64,000 bases of DNA from Camelus dromedarius. Lineage: Eukaryota. The DNA lies in NCBI RefSeq assembly GCF_036321535.1, contig NC_087438.1, positions 10,790,001 to 10,854,000 on the forward strand, given 5' to 3'. Below the pieces are notes generated by a model that saw nothing but the letters and a program-made list of their open reading frames with translations, was not told the DNA's origin and searched no databases. Position 1 is the stretch's first letter; every line of letters starts with the position of its first letter. This document shows positions 12,359 through 24,502 of the stretch, piece by piece. The position numbers were made by a program, and so were the translations under genes.

Positions 12359-13414
12359 AATAGATCTCTTTTCTCTCAAAGATTTGAATAAAATGATAAA
12401 GTAAATATAGATGTGCAAAAGAATTTGCAGATACTGTTAATTCCCTCTCTCCCATCAACAAATGCAGAGCTTGGGGAAGAGTGTGTGCATGTAAATATTT
12501 CCAGGGCCAATTCTCCTTAGATTCCAGTGTGTGACAGTCACAACCCTACAATCGGATCCGATTCGTGTCTCTCCCTGCCATGATGGTTTCTTGTCTTCCT
12601 GGCCTCTTTCTTTGCCGAATTCCTGTCACTCTTGGGTTCAGTGTCCCTTGGACAGGAGGGTGATACGACTGAGACAGGATCACTGGATTGATGTGGTTGG
12701 CCAGATGGGGTCTGCTTCCCTTCTAATTTCCTTGTGCCTCCCTCCACAGCTTGACCCTGAGTGGAAGAATGTAGTGTTTCCCAAGGCAAAGGGCCATTCT
12801 TGGGGCCAGGGTATAGAAGGAGATATAACCCCCAGCTTGAATCACAAAGCAGTCTCTTGCCCGCAAGACTTCAAGAGCCTCAAACTGGTCTCTCGGAATC
12901 CACTCTGCATCTTTCTAACTCATCCTGCCCAGAGTTGCCAGCTTTGAAAATATAAAGCTGTTCACATCACACCCCTGTTCAAAATGGTTTAATGACTGCT
13001 GTCTGTTCTTATCAGACCAAGCCAACAGGGAATTCTAAAATTCAACCTGATGTTACTTTAATGTCTGTAAAAATTGTGGTTCTAAAAGAGAGGGAGAATA
13101 GGACAAGAACAGAGGGCAGACTGAAGCAGTATATAGACTTGTTAAACGCAATTAAGTGGAGAAGCCAGTTGGATGGGGGTAATAGATTGAACTGACGTGC
13201 AAATTCGGTAATAACTGTGACTCAGTTTCCAGTCATAAAAAGGACGACAGAACAGGACTTGGCTTGGCATTAAGAGTGGGAAGAAGAATTTCCTTGGAAG
13301 TCTGCAGCTTTGGATATGGTAACACCCAAGACTTGGTCTGGTTATTAAGCATTCTCAGTATGCCAAGAAATCCTAAATAGTCCCCTGGGAAAGCAAGCTC
13401 AAAATTGTTTGTGG

Positions 13415-13904
13415 TGGCAGGATTTCTTCTTTTTTATGGCTGAATACCATTTGCAACAACATGGATGAACCTGGAGGACATTATGCTAAGTGAAATAAGC
13501 CAGACAGAGAAAGGCAAATACTGTATGATCTCATTCAGATACAGAATCTTAAAAAAAAAAAGTCAAACTCATAGAAACGGACACTGGAATGGTAGCTACG
13601 AGGGGCTGGGGGAGACGGGGGGATGTTTTTCAAAAGCGTACCAACTTCCAGTTTTAAGACGAGTAAGTTCTGGGGAGTCTAATGTTCAGCATGGTGATAC
13701 AATATTGTATCATATACTTGATATTTGCTGAGAGGGAAGATCTTAAGATTCTCACCACACATACAAAGAAGCAAACTATGTGAAATGATGGATGTGTTTA
13801 TTGACTTGACTGTGGTGGTCATTCCACAGTGTACACCAAATCATCACATATACCTTGAATATGTACAGTTTTATTTGTCAATTTTATCTCAATAAACCTG
13901 GCTA
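13415..13904 (+). mobile_element. older L1 3' end (L1MA/MB-like) with a short 5' inversion
   Basis: catttgcaacaacatggatgaacctggaggacattatgctaagtgaaataagccag...ctcaataaa; the first 32 bp are inverted; degenerate TSD 13401-13416 / 13905-13920. Confidence 0.9.
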
Positions 13905-14507
13905 AAGATTGTTTGAGATGACACAGTTTTTCCCTTAGCAGATAAGCCCCTTCAACTCCAGGGAGGTTTAGGATTCAGTACAGATATGAAGAAAATAAAA
14001 ACTCATAGTAGTTAGTCCGTTTGTTAGACTAAGTGTCTGTAATATTTAAGAATATTTGACATATTAAAGTGTCAATAGCTTAACCATGTGGTTTCAGTTA
14101 AAATATGATAATGAATGGTTATTTTAGGTTTGTGATTAATGTGAAATCACACCAAACTTATACATGTTATTGGGACATTTAAGAGAGTTGAAGAATCATT
14201 GTATTTCAATGCATTTTCACTAACTACTTAAGTACTTAGGAAAAGTTGTCAGACAATTGCAAAATTCAAGAAAATCAGATACTACATTTGTAAATACAGT
14301 GTAAGGTGTTTCCAGGCAACAAATTGAGCTTGTGAGATCAAACAAGACCCCTTAAGTGATTATTACAATTTGCTAGTCTTTGAAATTGAACAATACATTT
14401 TTTTTAAAGCTTAAAGTAGCACTAAGTGTATGACCTGTAACTTTGATAAGTGCAGTATTAATTTAAAAATGAAGTACACTCATTTTTTGTCAAAACTTCT
14501 CATTTCT

Positions 14508-14680
14508 GGGGGAGGGTTGAGCTCAGCAGTAGAGCTCATGCTTAACATGCACAAGGTCCTGGATTCAATCCCCGTACCTGCATTAAATAAACAAATAAAT
14601 AGACCTAATTACTGCTCCTAAACACTAAAAAAAAAACAAACAAAAACAAACAAACAAAAAAAAACTTAAAAAACTGAAAA
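14508..14680 (+). mobile_element. tRNA-Ala-derived SINE (camelid Vic-1-like)
   Basis: tRNA-like head with A-box (agctcagcagtagag) and B-box (ggattcaatcccc), cctaattac body, A-rich tail; TSD aaaacttctcatttct (14492-14507) / aaaatttcttatttct (14681-14696). Confidence 0.9.
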
Positions 14681-14699
14681 AAAATTTCTTATTTCTAAG

Positions 14700-15235
14700 C
14701 TATTAGAATAAACTCTTATAAATTCCCCAGCAATGTCTTTCGGGCCCTGCCCAGTCTGGTTGCACTGGGATACCATTTACATCTCCTGTTCCTGTCCTTC
14801 CCTGTAAACATGCTCCAGGTAGGCACATGGCCCCATTTATTTACTTACTTTTCAAACACACTGAGTCCTTCCCTACCTTCTGGCCTTTGCACTTGCTGTT
14901 TGATCCATGTGCAGAGCCCTCCCTAGGACACAAGGTGGTTCACTGTCATCCTTCCAAGCTCACTGGAGCCATCTTTCTGGAAGTGAGGTCATGGCAAGGT
15001 CATCCAATTTACCCTATGTGAGCTGGCCTCTGTTCTTTGGATCCAATCACTTTATTTCTTTCAGATGAATCATCTCAATTTTTAATGATTTAAAATGATT
15101 ACATTATTTGTTTCCTTTGATCACTCTCCCCCAGTAGAGTGTACTTACCATGAGAGCCGGAGGTTTGTCTCATTTACAGCTGACTTTGGCAGATAGGAGG
15201 TGTTAAATAATATTTTTTGAATAAATGATTGAAAT
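14700..15235 (+). mobile_element. L2 3' end
   Basis: ggcctttgcacttgctgtt...ctcccccagtagagtgtac...catgagagc...ataggaggtgttaaataatattttttgaataaatga. Confidence 0.75.
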
Positions 15236-15449
15236 GTATGTCTATACTTATAGTAAAGACAGGCTCATTCTATCTCTTCAGGAACTTCTTTTCCTCATCC
15301 AACAATGACTGAATACTTTTCTCCAAGTTAAATATTTCTATGTTCTTCATAATTACTAAAGACTATATAATATACCATTATAAATGGATACATTCTTGTT
15401 GGAAGAATGATGAGCAGAAGTTTTAAATTTTAATGAAGTCTAATCTACC

Positions 15450-16200
15450 ACTTAAAAAATAGAGAAATAGAGAAAAAAGAATATATTTAAAATAATTGAT
15501 CCCCAAGGAAGAAAAAATACTTAAAAATCCCTTATTTTAAGAATCAGAAAAAGATGTTAGAAAATCCTCTAACATCCTCTCTTCAAAAGGACACTGGAGG
15601 AATTCATTGTTATGTAACAAAGACAGTAATTATCAGGAAAAAAAGGCAGAGTTTAAGAAAAAGCAGGATAATATGAAAGTAGATATAAAAGAGAAAAGAA
15701 AATTTTAACGAACTAAATCTATAATACCACACTTAAAATTCAAATAGGCACTGTAGAAAATAAAATTTAGAAGCCTTTAAAGAAAAAGACCAAGTTGAGG
15801 AAATAATGACATAGAAAATCACAAATAGAGACATCCAACATAAAAATTATAGGAGTAAATCAGAATAACTGGAACATAGCTTCCATATAGGAGAGACAAT
15901 AAAGATTATTTTCTTAAATGTTCTCACTCTATTTCAGATTAAATAACTGAAGAGAAATACATACCTAGAGAAATCCTGATTAAAATTTTGAACTGCGTAG
16001 ATGGAGGAAAAAAATTACCCAAGATTCCAATAGAAAAGTATTACTTTTCTGCAAATCTAAAGACTATAGACAGTGGGGAGAAATCTACAGGAAAACTGTG
16101 TGATCAAATAGTTTTATGCATGGAGAAGTTGTCTCTCATAGGAAAGGCATGAGAAATACACTATCAGGTATGCAAGCTTTCAAAATATAAATGAGAACTC
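15450..16200 (+). mobile_element. HAL1 / ancient L1 ORF1 remnant
   Basis: A-rich; tccaacataaaaattataggagt (SNIKIIGV) and atacctagagaaatcctgattaaaattttgaac (IPREILIKILN) resemble L1 ORF1 motifs NIRIIGV and TPRHILVK. Confidence 0.6.
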
Positions 16201-16221
16201 AAGAATGTGGATGTCATATTC

Positions 16222-16645
16222 TTTTTTGTTGAAATATAATTGATGTACAATATTATTTTCGTTTCAATTATACTACTCAGTGATTTGACATTTGCATACA
16301 TTATGAAATGATCACCACAATAATTCTAGTAACCATCTGTCCCCATACAAAGTTATTACCATATTATTGACTATATTCCTTATGCTGTATGTTACATCCC
16401 CATGTTTTATTTATTTTGTAGCTAGAATACCTCTTAATTCCCTTTACCTATTTCATGTATTTTTTTAAATTGAAGTATACTCAGTTACCAATGTGTCAAT
16501 TTCTGGTGTACAGCATAATGTTTCAGTCATACATAGACAAACATATATTCATTTTCATATTCTTTTTCATTATAGGTTACTACAAGATACAGAATATATT
16601 TCTCTGTGCTAGACAGAAGAAATTTGTTTTTTATCTATTTTTTAT
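16222..16645 (-). mobile_element. two adjacent L1 3'-UTR fragments (older 16222-16455, younger 16460-16645)
   Basis: Each begins with a T-tract then ttgaaatataattgatgtacaatatt / ttgaagtatactcagttaccaatgtgtcaatttctggtgtacag. Confidence 0.85.
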
Positions 16646-17339
16646 TTTGTATACGTTTGAATTGAAAATTGGAATGTTAAACCAGGAACCCGTTGTGTTA
16701 CTTGCTGTTGTACTGACTCAGGAGGTCACGGGTGAGACTTGAGATTCCTTGCTTTCTTCTTAGCTTTGAGGGAGACTTCTTTTTCTATATAAGGAAACGT
16801 GTTTCCCAATGTGCCTCTTTGTCAACCCACTGTTCAGATTGACTTCTTGACATACTTGATAACTATGTTAAAAAAAAAAAAAAAAAGGAATTACTGTGCT
16901 TTTCAGTTTCCAGTGCTTGCTAAGAATGCATCAACTAATAATACAGCAGGACATACTGTGAGGAGGATTGTTAAACAAAAAGCCTTTTTGCTCTCACAAA
17001 AGCAGAACTGCAGAGAATTCCACAATGGTCATTTAGTTGCCAAGGAATTTTAACAGTTTTTGGCATATTGTATTACATGGGCTGAGTCATTTTTAAAACT
17101 ATTCAAATAGCAGATATTTATAGGCACCAAACTCTTGTTCAAATAATACTGAATTTGGATCTGTGTATATTACTGACTATTCTTAAGTATCTATATATAC
17201 ATTCCTGAGCTATAATCTCAACCACGTAAAAAAGGAATAGAAAGCACTTTAAGGAAATTCACTGAAGTGTTGTTATCTTGGCAGTTTGAGGTATAAAAAA
17301 TTAACAATTTTTTCCCCCTGCATTATTACAGCAATTTTC

Positions 17340-17870
17340 CCTCTCTCTTAAGTGATACATTTCCTGGTGCTGTTCTGATCATTCTCATCAGAGTATAAAC
17401 ATGCTGGTGGAGCTCCTCTCGGCTGAAAAGCCTTGTTCTGACCTTATTTCCTACCTAGCGGTCACCCCGTTTTTCTGCTTCCTTTTGTATCAAAACCTTG
17501 GGAGAGCTGTCGAGGTACTTGCAGTCTCTGATAACCACTCTCCAAGTCTGTCTTAAATCTTCCTAATCAGGTTGCTTCACTGAATCTTTCTGGTCGAGGT
17601 CTCCCATGGCTCCAGGTTGCCAAGTCCACCAATCAGCTCTCCTTCCTCATCCTATTTGACCAATCAGCAGCGAGGGACACGTCAGCCAACCCTCCTCCTT
17701 CACACACTCCTACAACCGCCCTTCCTGGTTTCTTCCGGCATCCCTGTCCTTTCCTAAGTCCTCCTTCCCTCCAGCCTTTCACAGTTGTAGGGCGCTTAGG
17801 CTCAGTCCTGCATCCTCTTCTCTATCTATATTCACTCCCTTGGTGGTTTCATGTGGTCGCCGTGTTTTAA
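17340..17870 (+). mobile_element. L2 internal (RT-region) fragment
   Basis: cactgaatc...aggtctcccatggctccaggttgccaagtcca...cctcatcctatttgacc...cagcagc...gacac...ccctcctcctt...ggctcagtcctg. Confidence 0.7.
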
Positions 17871-17877
17871 ACAAAGC

Positions 17878-17985
17878 TGTACCAGTTTCTAAGACTATTG
17901 TAGCAGATTACCACAAACTTGGTGATTTAAAAGCATTATTCTCTCTCAGTTCTGGAGGCTAGATGTCCGAAATCCAGCAGGACTG
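17878..17985 (-). mobile_element. MLT1 LTR terminal fragment
   Basis: tgtaccagtttct...attaccacaaacttggtgatttaaaa...attctctctcagttctggaggctaga...gtccgaaatc. Confidence 0.8.
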
Positions 17986-19024
17986 GAGGTAACAGCTCTC
18001 TGGGTGAAAAACTTGTAGATAACGCTCAGGAAGAAATAGACTCCCCCTATGAGAACAGCTTTCTAAATCCTGACTCCAGGGGTCTCCAGAAGGTAAACAT
18101 AATCAAAAGCAATTCGCTCCCATTTCTCCCTTTATTTTTGCAAGAACAGAAGAACCCAGAGCATGGGCTATGCAGGTAGGAGGGGCTTTATCTGCTGGGA
18201 GAGACATCTAGACTCTGCTGCCCCAGCATCTAATTCTCTCTGAGGTTACCACCAGGTAATCCATTAGTGTTTTCACTATGTGTACTCTTCAAAACTTTTT
18301 CATTGTAAAATGACTGTAACTCAATAAAAAAGTTAAAAAAAACACCCCAACTTTTTCATTTGCAACATTTTCTTTGAGTCTTGTAATAGATTTACCTTGC
18401 AGTTGGTAGGACTGAGGATTTCTGTGGCATTCTCCAGACAGAAAATCTGAACTTCAGGGAGGTGAAGTCCTGTCCAGTCCAATAATAACAGGTCGAGCCA
18501 GACCCCAAGTTCTGACACAAGCCCACTGATCCTCCCTCTCCTAGGATGCTTGTTGCTTATTTATTTTGTGTTGAACCCGAACTCCATGAGTACTATTTCT
18601 GTGTTCAAATTGAGTTACAGTACATGTTTGCAAAAGGTTAGGGAAATTTTCATCTCCTTTCTCCACCCACCATATTTAAACTTGACAGTCCAGCTGTAAT
18701 ACATTTTACTCTTTATCAGCAGAAGCCTCTTTATTTTCTGTTTAAATCAAAACAAGGGTTCATCAAGTGAGTCTGCAATAAGCATGCTGTAAATAAACAG
18801 CTGTAAAATGAAGATGTATTGAGTTGAGAACAGTGGGAAATTGATCTGACTGTATTTTATGAATTGTGCTAGAATTTTCAGCATGCGTTATAGAAATGAT
18901 TTACAATTTCTTACACATCAGTGTAGAATAAGTCATTGAAGCAGGTTATTTGCTTGGATTTTCAGAGGGGTAGTAGTTCATCTGCTTGAGGTCTCAGAAA
19001 TGAAGAACTTACGATTCAATTTTC

Positions 19025-19180
19025 TAGTGGTGAAGAGCACAGACTTTGGACTAAGACAGAACTGAACTTGCTGCTCAGCTGTACTATGAACAAACTATGA
19101 CTCTCTAATACTTTACTTAATCCTCAGTTTCTCCATCTGTAAGATGGGGCTAATACCAGTACTTATCCTATAGGATTATT
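19025..19180 (+). mobile_element. MIR SINE
   Basis: tagtggtgaagagcacagactttgga...cctcagtttctccatctgtaagatggggctaataccagtacttat. Confidence 0.8.
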
Positions 19181-19399
19181 AATATATAAAAAGAAAGTTC
19201 GGGTACAATTCAATGGTATTGAGGCCACGGACTTAGGATGCTGAATCCTGTCCTGGTTGGGATCCTTCCTGGCTCACACGTTTCCAGAAGGTTTATAAAC
19301 ACCAAGAGGAAGAGCAGATGAGTGATTTTATGTTTTGGCCAGATTTTGTTTTGCTTTCATTAGGAGAATTAGTCCAAATAACTTAGCCTGTAATTAGTT

Positions 19400-20100
19400 G
19401 AACCGAGTCTTAGTTGTGCTGGTTGTTTTGTTATTGATTTTGATGGAGTTACCTTTTTCTGAAGATGGACAGTAAAGCCAGTGAAACCCATGTTTACCCC
19501 TGCAGCTGTGTTTCTTTAGCTTTAAGATGAATTTCTTGGCCAGAGGCAACATTGTGTGGAATCCCACGTGATGGACAGAGCTCAGTAGGAACCTCTAAGT
19601 GCTTCTCCCCCCCCCCCCCCCCCCGTGGCCTGAAAACTTTGACCTACCATGAGGACTTGTCCTTCTGAAGTGTGGTGTCTTATTCCAGGCCTGGGCGGGA
19701 AAATCAGGAACTTGTAGTCACTGTAGCCAAGTTGGCTTTTGAGAGGAGCCTTTTGTTGTTATGAAGACCATGCACAGTCCACTCTGCCGTCCTAGCTGCT
19801 TTGTTCATGAGTCCACTGAGGGAGGAAAGTGGCAAACATTTGCAGAGTCGTTCATCTTGGTGGATGAAGGCAGGTCTCTTTGCTGTAGACTAATGGAGTG
19901 AAGTGTTATAACAGTCTTTCTTAAAGATTTTTTAAACCTTTCTGTTTAAGAGATTCCAGTTAGTAAAATGACACATATTTGAAAAGTGTGTAGAATAATA
20001 AACTCTCCAGTTTTTGGTTTTAGTCCAGCTCCTGTCCTTCAGACCTGGCGTTCTGGCGATATCAGTTGTGGCCGGTTTCATTATAGGCCCCAGCAAGCAC
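19400..20100 (-). pseudogene. pol: ERV-L pol remnant (integrase; possible RNase H trace)
   Basis: Manual translation: QWTHEQS (19798-19818), KANLATVTT (19713-19739), GIPHNVASGQEIHLKAKE (core 19527-19565), then HGFHWLY after a frameshift; colinear with HERV-L integrase QWAHEQS...KADLATATA...GIPHSIASDQGTHFTAKE...HGIHWSY. Confidence 0.85.
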
Positions 20101-20109
20101 TTCGTCCTT

Positions 20110-20460
20110 CTCCGCATCCCTCATTCATCATGGTGGACAGTATTTCCTTCCCTCTTGACTCTCAGCTTGCCCACATGATTTTCACTGGCCAGTGGGTGGA
20201 AATGAAAGTGTGCCAGTCCCATCCTAGGCTTCAAGGGGCCTCATGCTTTCCCACTTTCCTTTCCACACCTCTACTGTGTTTTGAAGAGATCGTGTCCTGC
20301 TAGTCCACTGGTACCAGGAAGATGAGGGACGTGGGGAGCAGAGCCATTCCAACTGTGGGGCCACCCAAGTGAGCTTAGCTTACATCAGCACTCTCCCAAC
20401 TGGCAGGGGGATGGATGAATGATACCACATGATTGTTTTAAGCTGCTGAGTTTTGCAGAA
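20110..20460 (+). mobile_element. MLT1 (H/I-like) MaLR LTR inserted into the ERV-L fossil
   Basis: tatttccttccctcttgact...ggccagtggg...gtgtgccagtcc...cctaggcttcaagggg...ggagcagagc...gattgttttaagctgctgagttttg. Confidence 0.7.
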
Positions 20461-21710
20461 ATGTCACACTAGTACAGAAATTAAGCAGAACCTTAGTTGG
20501 CTCCATATATGTTTCATTCTCACAAACCTCATGTACTGGGGTGGAATCTCTTTAGGCATCATAGGGGTTCCCTTCTCACCTGACTGCGTTCATGTGGATG
20601 TACAAGAATGAGTGCGTGTGTGTTCTTTTGACTCAAGTCTTATTTTCATCTCTCCTTTGCTTATAATCATTGCTGCTTGGGATCAGTCATCTCCAGCACC
20701 AGCCATCTCCATTGCTGTCAATAATCTCGTTTTGATGACTTTTCTATTGTTGTTATATTCCAAGTCACATACAGAGGGCTGCCCATTACCCATAGTCTCT
20801 TAACAGCTGGGAAGAGGAACAGGTGGCAGGGGTGGGTGGCAGCCTCTCTCCCACAGTCTTTGTTTTCTGTCTGCCTCCTGCATCAACCATCAGCCAGGGT
20901 TTGATTCATTATCCAGTCACTAAAATTCGTCTTAGGTATGCTTGCTCCATTGTAATGAACTTGGCTTGATCTGAATTTGTACTTTGTCCTCCTCGGATGA
21001 GCTTTTATAAATTCCGTAGCAGCATGTCCTCTCTCTAGTCTTCAACAATCTTCTTTATACCATACCTATGATTTCTTTTGAGTATTATTCTCCTTTATCC
21101 AATTAAAAATTCATTCCTAAGCCTTATGCTGTGTCCGTATCCTCTTGGGCTTGGATAAGCCACAATAAGGCAGACTGACTCATTTGCTGATTCGTGGGGA
21201 ATGTCTGGAGAATCCCATGATTTGGGGCTCTCCCAGTGTGAGACTATTGTTTTTGCCTTTTTCTTTTTACGTGAAACCCTGGACACACAGGAGTCCAAAA
21301 GACTATGATCATTAGTATCTCTTCATGATTGTCATCAACTTTTGGCCTTGGTTTGCTCCCCAGGGCTGTCCAGCTGAGCAGGAAACTTTTCCTGAAGCAG
21401 AGTTACACAATGGTCAGCTCCACGTCCTCATATACGTCCACTGGGCAACTTGGGACCAGCTCTCCTCTGGCAAGCAGTCTGATACTGTGGGAGGTGTCTT
21501 CCAGCCCTGATCGTTTGTGTTTCTTATTGCTTTTAAGTTGGCCCTTAACACAAGGGATTGGAAGGCACAGCTGTCGATTGCTTTGCGTGGTGAGGAGTGG
21601 ACTGTCTGCTTTCCATGTAGGGAAGAGGAGAACCTCACAGCCCGCTCCTGTTTCAGGCCTTAATGTTCATTTTATACCTTCTTTGAAAAGTTGTTTAGAG
21701 TCTGCATCTT
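20460..21710 (-). pseudogene. gag: ERV-L gag remnant
   Basis: Manual translation: PPTVS/RLLARGE...DVYED (21424-21438), GGQSTNSDQAKFITM (20948-20992), RFVR (~20520); same order as HERV-L gag PRQVS..RALIGKE..DVWED, GGRNIELDQAEFIDL, RFVR; many stops and frameshifts. Confidence 0.6.
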
Positions 21711-21721
21711 AGCAGTCTTTT

Positions 21722-22200
21722 CTGTGTCTTAAGGAACTGAAAATGACACACATAAGCTGCTTCCAGAAAAGGTTGTTTACTTTAAGAATATAAGCAGCCT
21801 CAAGTTGGAACAGGACACTTACTGGGAATTGCAGCCCTCTCCGGCCCCTGCTGGTCTTCTCGTCTCCTTCATGGTTCACATGACCTTTTTTCTTGTGGCA
21901 TCTCTATTTTCCCCCAGAGTCTGCTCTGTTTTCCATCTGCTGCCAACTAGCCAACCCTCTTCTTATACCAACTAGCCAATCCTCTCCTTAACCTCTAATG
22001 AAAGTACAGTTGACTTGTTAACTACCATCAAAATGGTTCCCCTTATGCGAGGCCACCGCCTTGGTCTCTGGCCTGCCTCGGGTCAGACACTCACACCTGC
22101 TCCAAGCAGTGTCCCCCAAGTACGGACCAGTTTAACCTGGAATGGGGAGGAGAGAGTGGGGAAGCTTGGTGGGCATCACAAGGGACATGTCCTCCACCCT
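21722..22200 (-). mobile_element. class III (ERV-L/MaLR) LTR, candidate 5' LTR of the fossil provirus
   Basis: tgtgtcttaagg... terminus; gggtcagacactcacacctgctccaagcag resembles old MLT1/ERVL LTR motifs; contains a 25-bp tandem duplication at 21943-21990. Confidence 0.45.
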
Positions 22201-22769
22201 TATGTCCCAACATGTTCCCAGAGTCACCTACATTCCCTAAATGAAGAATAAGAATGAAGACTATTTTCTGCGTTGGTGCATGGCCTGAAACATCCCCTCT
22301 GAGCATGACTGTTGGGGCAGCTGGCTTCATGCCTCACTGGCCTAGGGGTCAGTGGGGGCACTCTGACCACTTTTCCTGGGCACTACAAGGCCATCGCTTC
22401 TGACATCGCACTGCTTTTCCTTACTTGATCTGGCCATTGATCCTGGCCCTCTCAGTTCTCTTAGCTAGTGATCAAGACAGTGCTAATGAATCTATGCAAT
22501 TTTTCTTGTCTACCTTTACTGCCCGAGACTGAGCGTCAAATCCATCATCAAGATGGATCCTGTGGGTAATCAAAGTAGGCAGTTCATTGATTCATTTTCA
22601 CTCAGTGCATATTTAAAGAACACTTTGAACGGCATTGGGGGTTTACAGCAGTGAATGAAAGCCACCGTAATCTATCAGAGAATAAAAATGCCAAGTATTT
22701 AAAAGGGTTGTGAGTGTTGTAGAGGTCAAATAATGGGTATTTCTATCAGAGAGGGAAGCATTTGGCAGC

Positions 22770-23360
22770 TGATGCTCATTCATTCACTCATTTGTGCATT
22801 TATGAAAACGTATTCGCTGAACAGCTACTATGTGCTAAGCACTGATTGGGTTCTGGCATGTATTAATGAACAAAATTTATGTTAAAACAAGAAAAACACG
22901 AACATTTCAAGGTGTGAATGAGTCTCATGAGGAAAGCAAGGTGAAGGGCAGGATAGTGATGGAGGCAAGAGGCCACTTTTCACGTGTGCCCACAGCAGGC
23001 TTCTCTGAAGATGGGAAAGTTGATGTAAGCCCTGGTTGAAGTGACGGAGGAAACCCTGTGAGTATCTGGGTGGAAGTATTCCAAACAGAGGGACTAGCAA
23101 GAACAAAATCCTGAGTCCGGAGTGTGCTCAGCACGTTTGAAGACAGCAAGGGGGCCAGTGCGGTGGAGTCGGGTGCCGAGAGGAAAAGGAGAAGAGGCAA
23201 GGTGTCCACCTGGAGACATTGTCTGGGACCAGATCCTGCAGGACCTCCTAAGCTGTGGGAAGGATGCTGTTCTAGTGAGACAGTTTTGAGCCGGCGAGTG
23301 ACACAATCTGAGGTATGTTTTAGAAAGATCATCACAGCTATCTTGTGGAGAACGCATTAT
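22770..23360 (-). mobile_element. L2a 3' end
   Basis: tcattcattcactcattt...ctactatgtgctaagcactg...tatctgggtggaagtattccaaacagagggactagcaag...tgttttagaaagatcatcacagct. Confidence 0.85.
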
Positions 23361-24502
23361 ACTCCTGAGTCAATTTACGGCTGTTTGTTTGAAGAAACTG
23401 TGCATTTTACTTACTGGCTTGCAAATCCGAATTATGATCTATGAACTGCAGAGTAGGCTTAGATCCACTTTTCTCTTAACCAGAAATTTTCTGAATTGCT
23501 ATACCGAGGTGAAGGCAGATTTATTGGTGTGAAATAACTAAACCATGACAATTCCATTAGGAAGATCTGATAGTATCTTTATAATGGCTGGGACTTTCTA
23601 AACATAAAAGGACAAAATGATATTACCCCCTTTTTCTACTAACTCATATGCTGTTTGGCTCCCATCTGTGAACACTGTATTGGTTCTCTTGCTTATGAGG
23701 GTATCAAAGCAAGTCAGCTTCAGTTCTCATCAGTCATCCAGCCATATTCCATCCAGCAGGTCATGAAAAAAATGAAACAACGGACCCAGGAGAAAAGAAG
23801 ACTTCTACTGCATTTGCCCAGACAGCGTATGCTCTAGTTCAATGTAAAAAAAGTGGCTGGGGTTAAGGGCTGACTGTCCAGAGTGGGTCTTGACCATGTG
23901 CTAGGTGAAGAATCAGCAAAAAACAAGAGCGTTTTGCTGACTAAGCAAGTATTTTGTCAAAACCAAAGTGCTTTATGAAAAGCAGCAATTTTTTTTGAAA
24001 GGGCTGCCAAATGACATTTTGGGCAGACGCTATTAATTTTCTTTTGAATAATTCACTAAAGGAAGAGTCTTACCGTCCTCAGTAAGTAATTTAACAAAAT
24101 CCCAAGCAGCAAAGCCATGGACAATAAAGACCTATGCCGATTTAACAGCTCTTTAGATTGGGCCCTTTCTTTGGGTTTGGTGTATCCTGGAGGCATGGCT
24201 AAGTTCTACTGAAGGTTTTCTAGCATGGACTAGGTTGTATTTTGGTAGCATTCTTGAAGGATCGATGGTAAACTTGGAAAGGATGATTGGATCAGATGCC
24301 TTCTAAAGTCTATTTCAATCCTGAGATTCAATGATTATAGGATAGAATCTTTCAAGTGCAGAGGTCTTGAGCTCTGCTTTCTATGATCTAATCTCTTGTG
24401 ATTCAAAATTGATCTGTAGAACATCTTTTGAGTTTCTACATGAGTTAGAGAAAAGCAATTTTCCTTCTGAGAAAAGAATGCTTCCACCCTTGAATGTTTC
24501 AT

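Noticed and set aside
14030..14480. Possible hAT transposase C-terminal remnant (AKFKKIRYYI-like)
   Set aside because: Similarity is too weak to support without an HMM search.
14508..14585. tRNA-Ala gene
   Set aside because: Mutated stems and anticodon region, SINE body, A-tail and TSDs show it is a SINE; the same applies to ~44515-44589.
20678..20888. Duplicated coding exon (several substitutions look synonymous in one frame)
   Set aside because: That frame has a stop in each copy at different positions, there are no matching splice sites, and the segment overlaps the ERV-L fossil.
20460..21710. Non-retroviral endogenous viral element or domesticated gag gene
   Set aside because: The recognisable motifs are ERV-L Gag, and the frame is broken by many stops and frameshifts.
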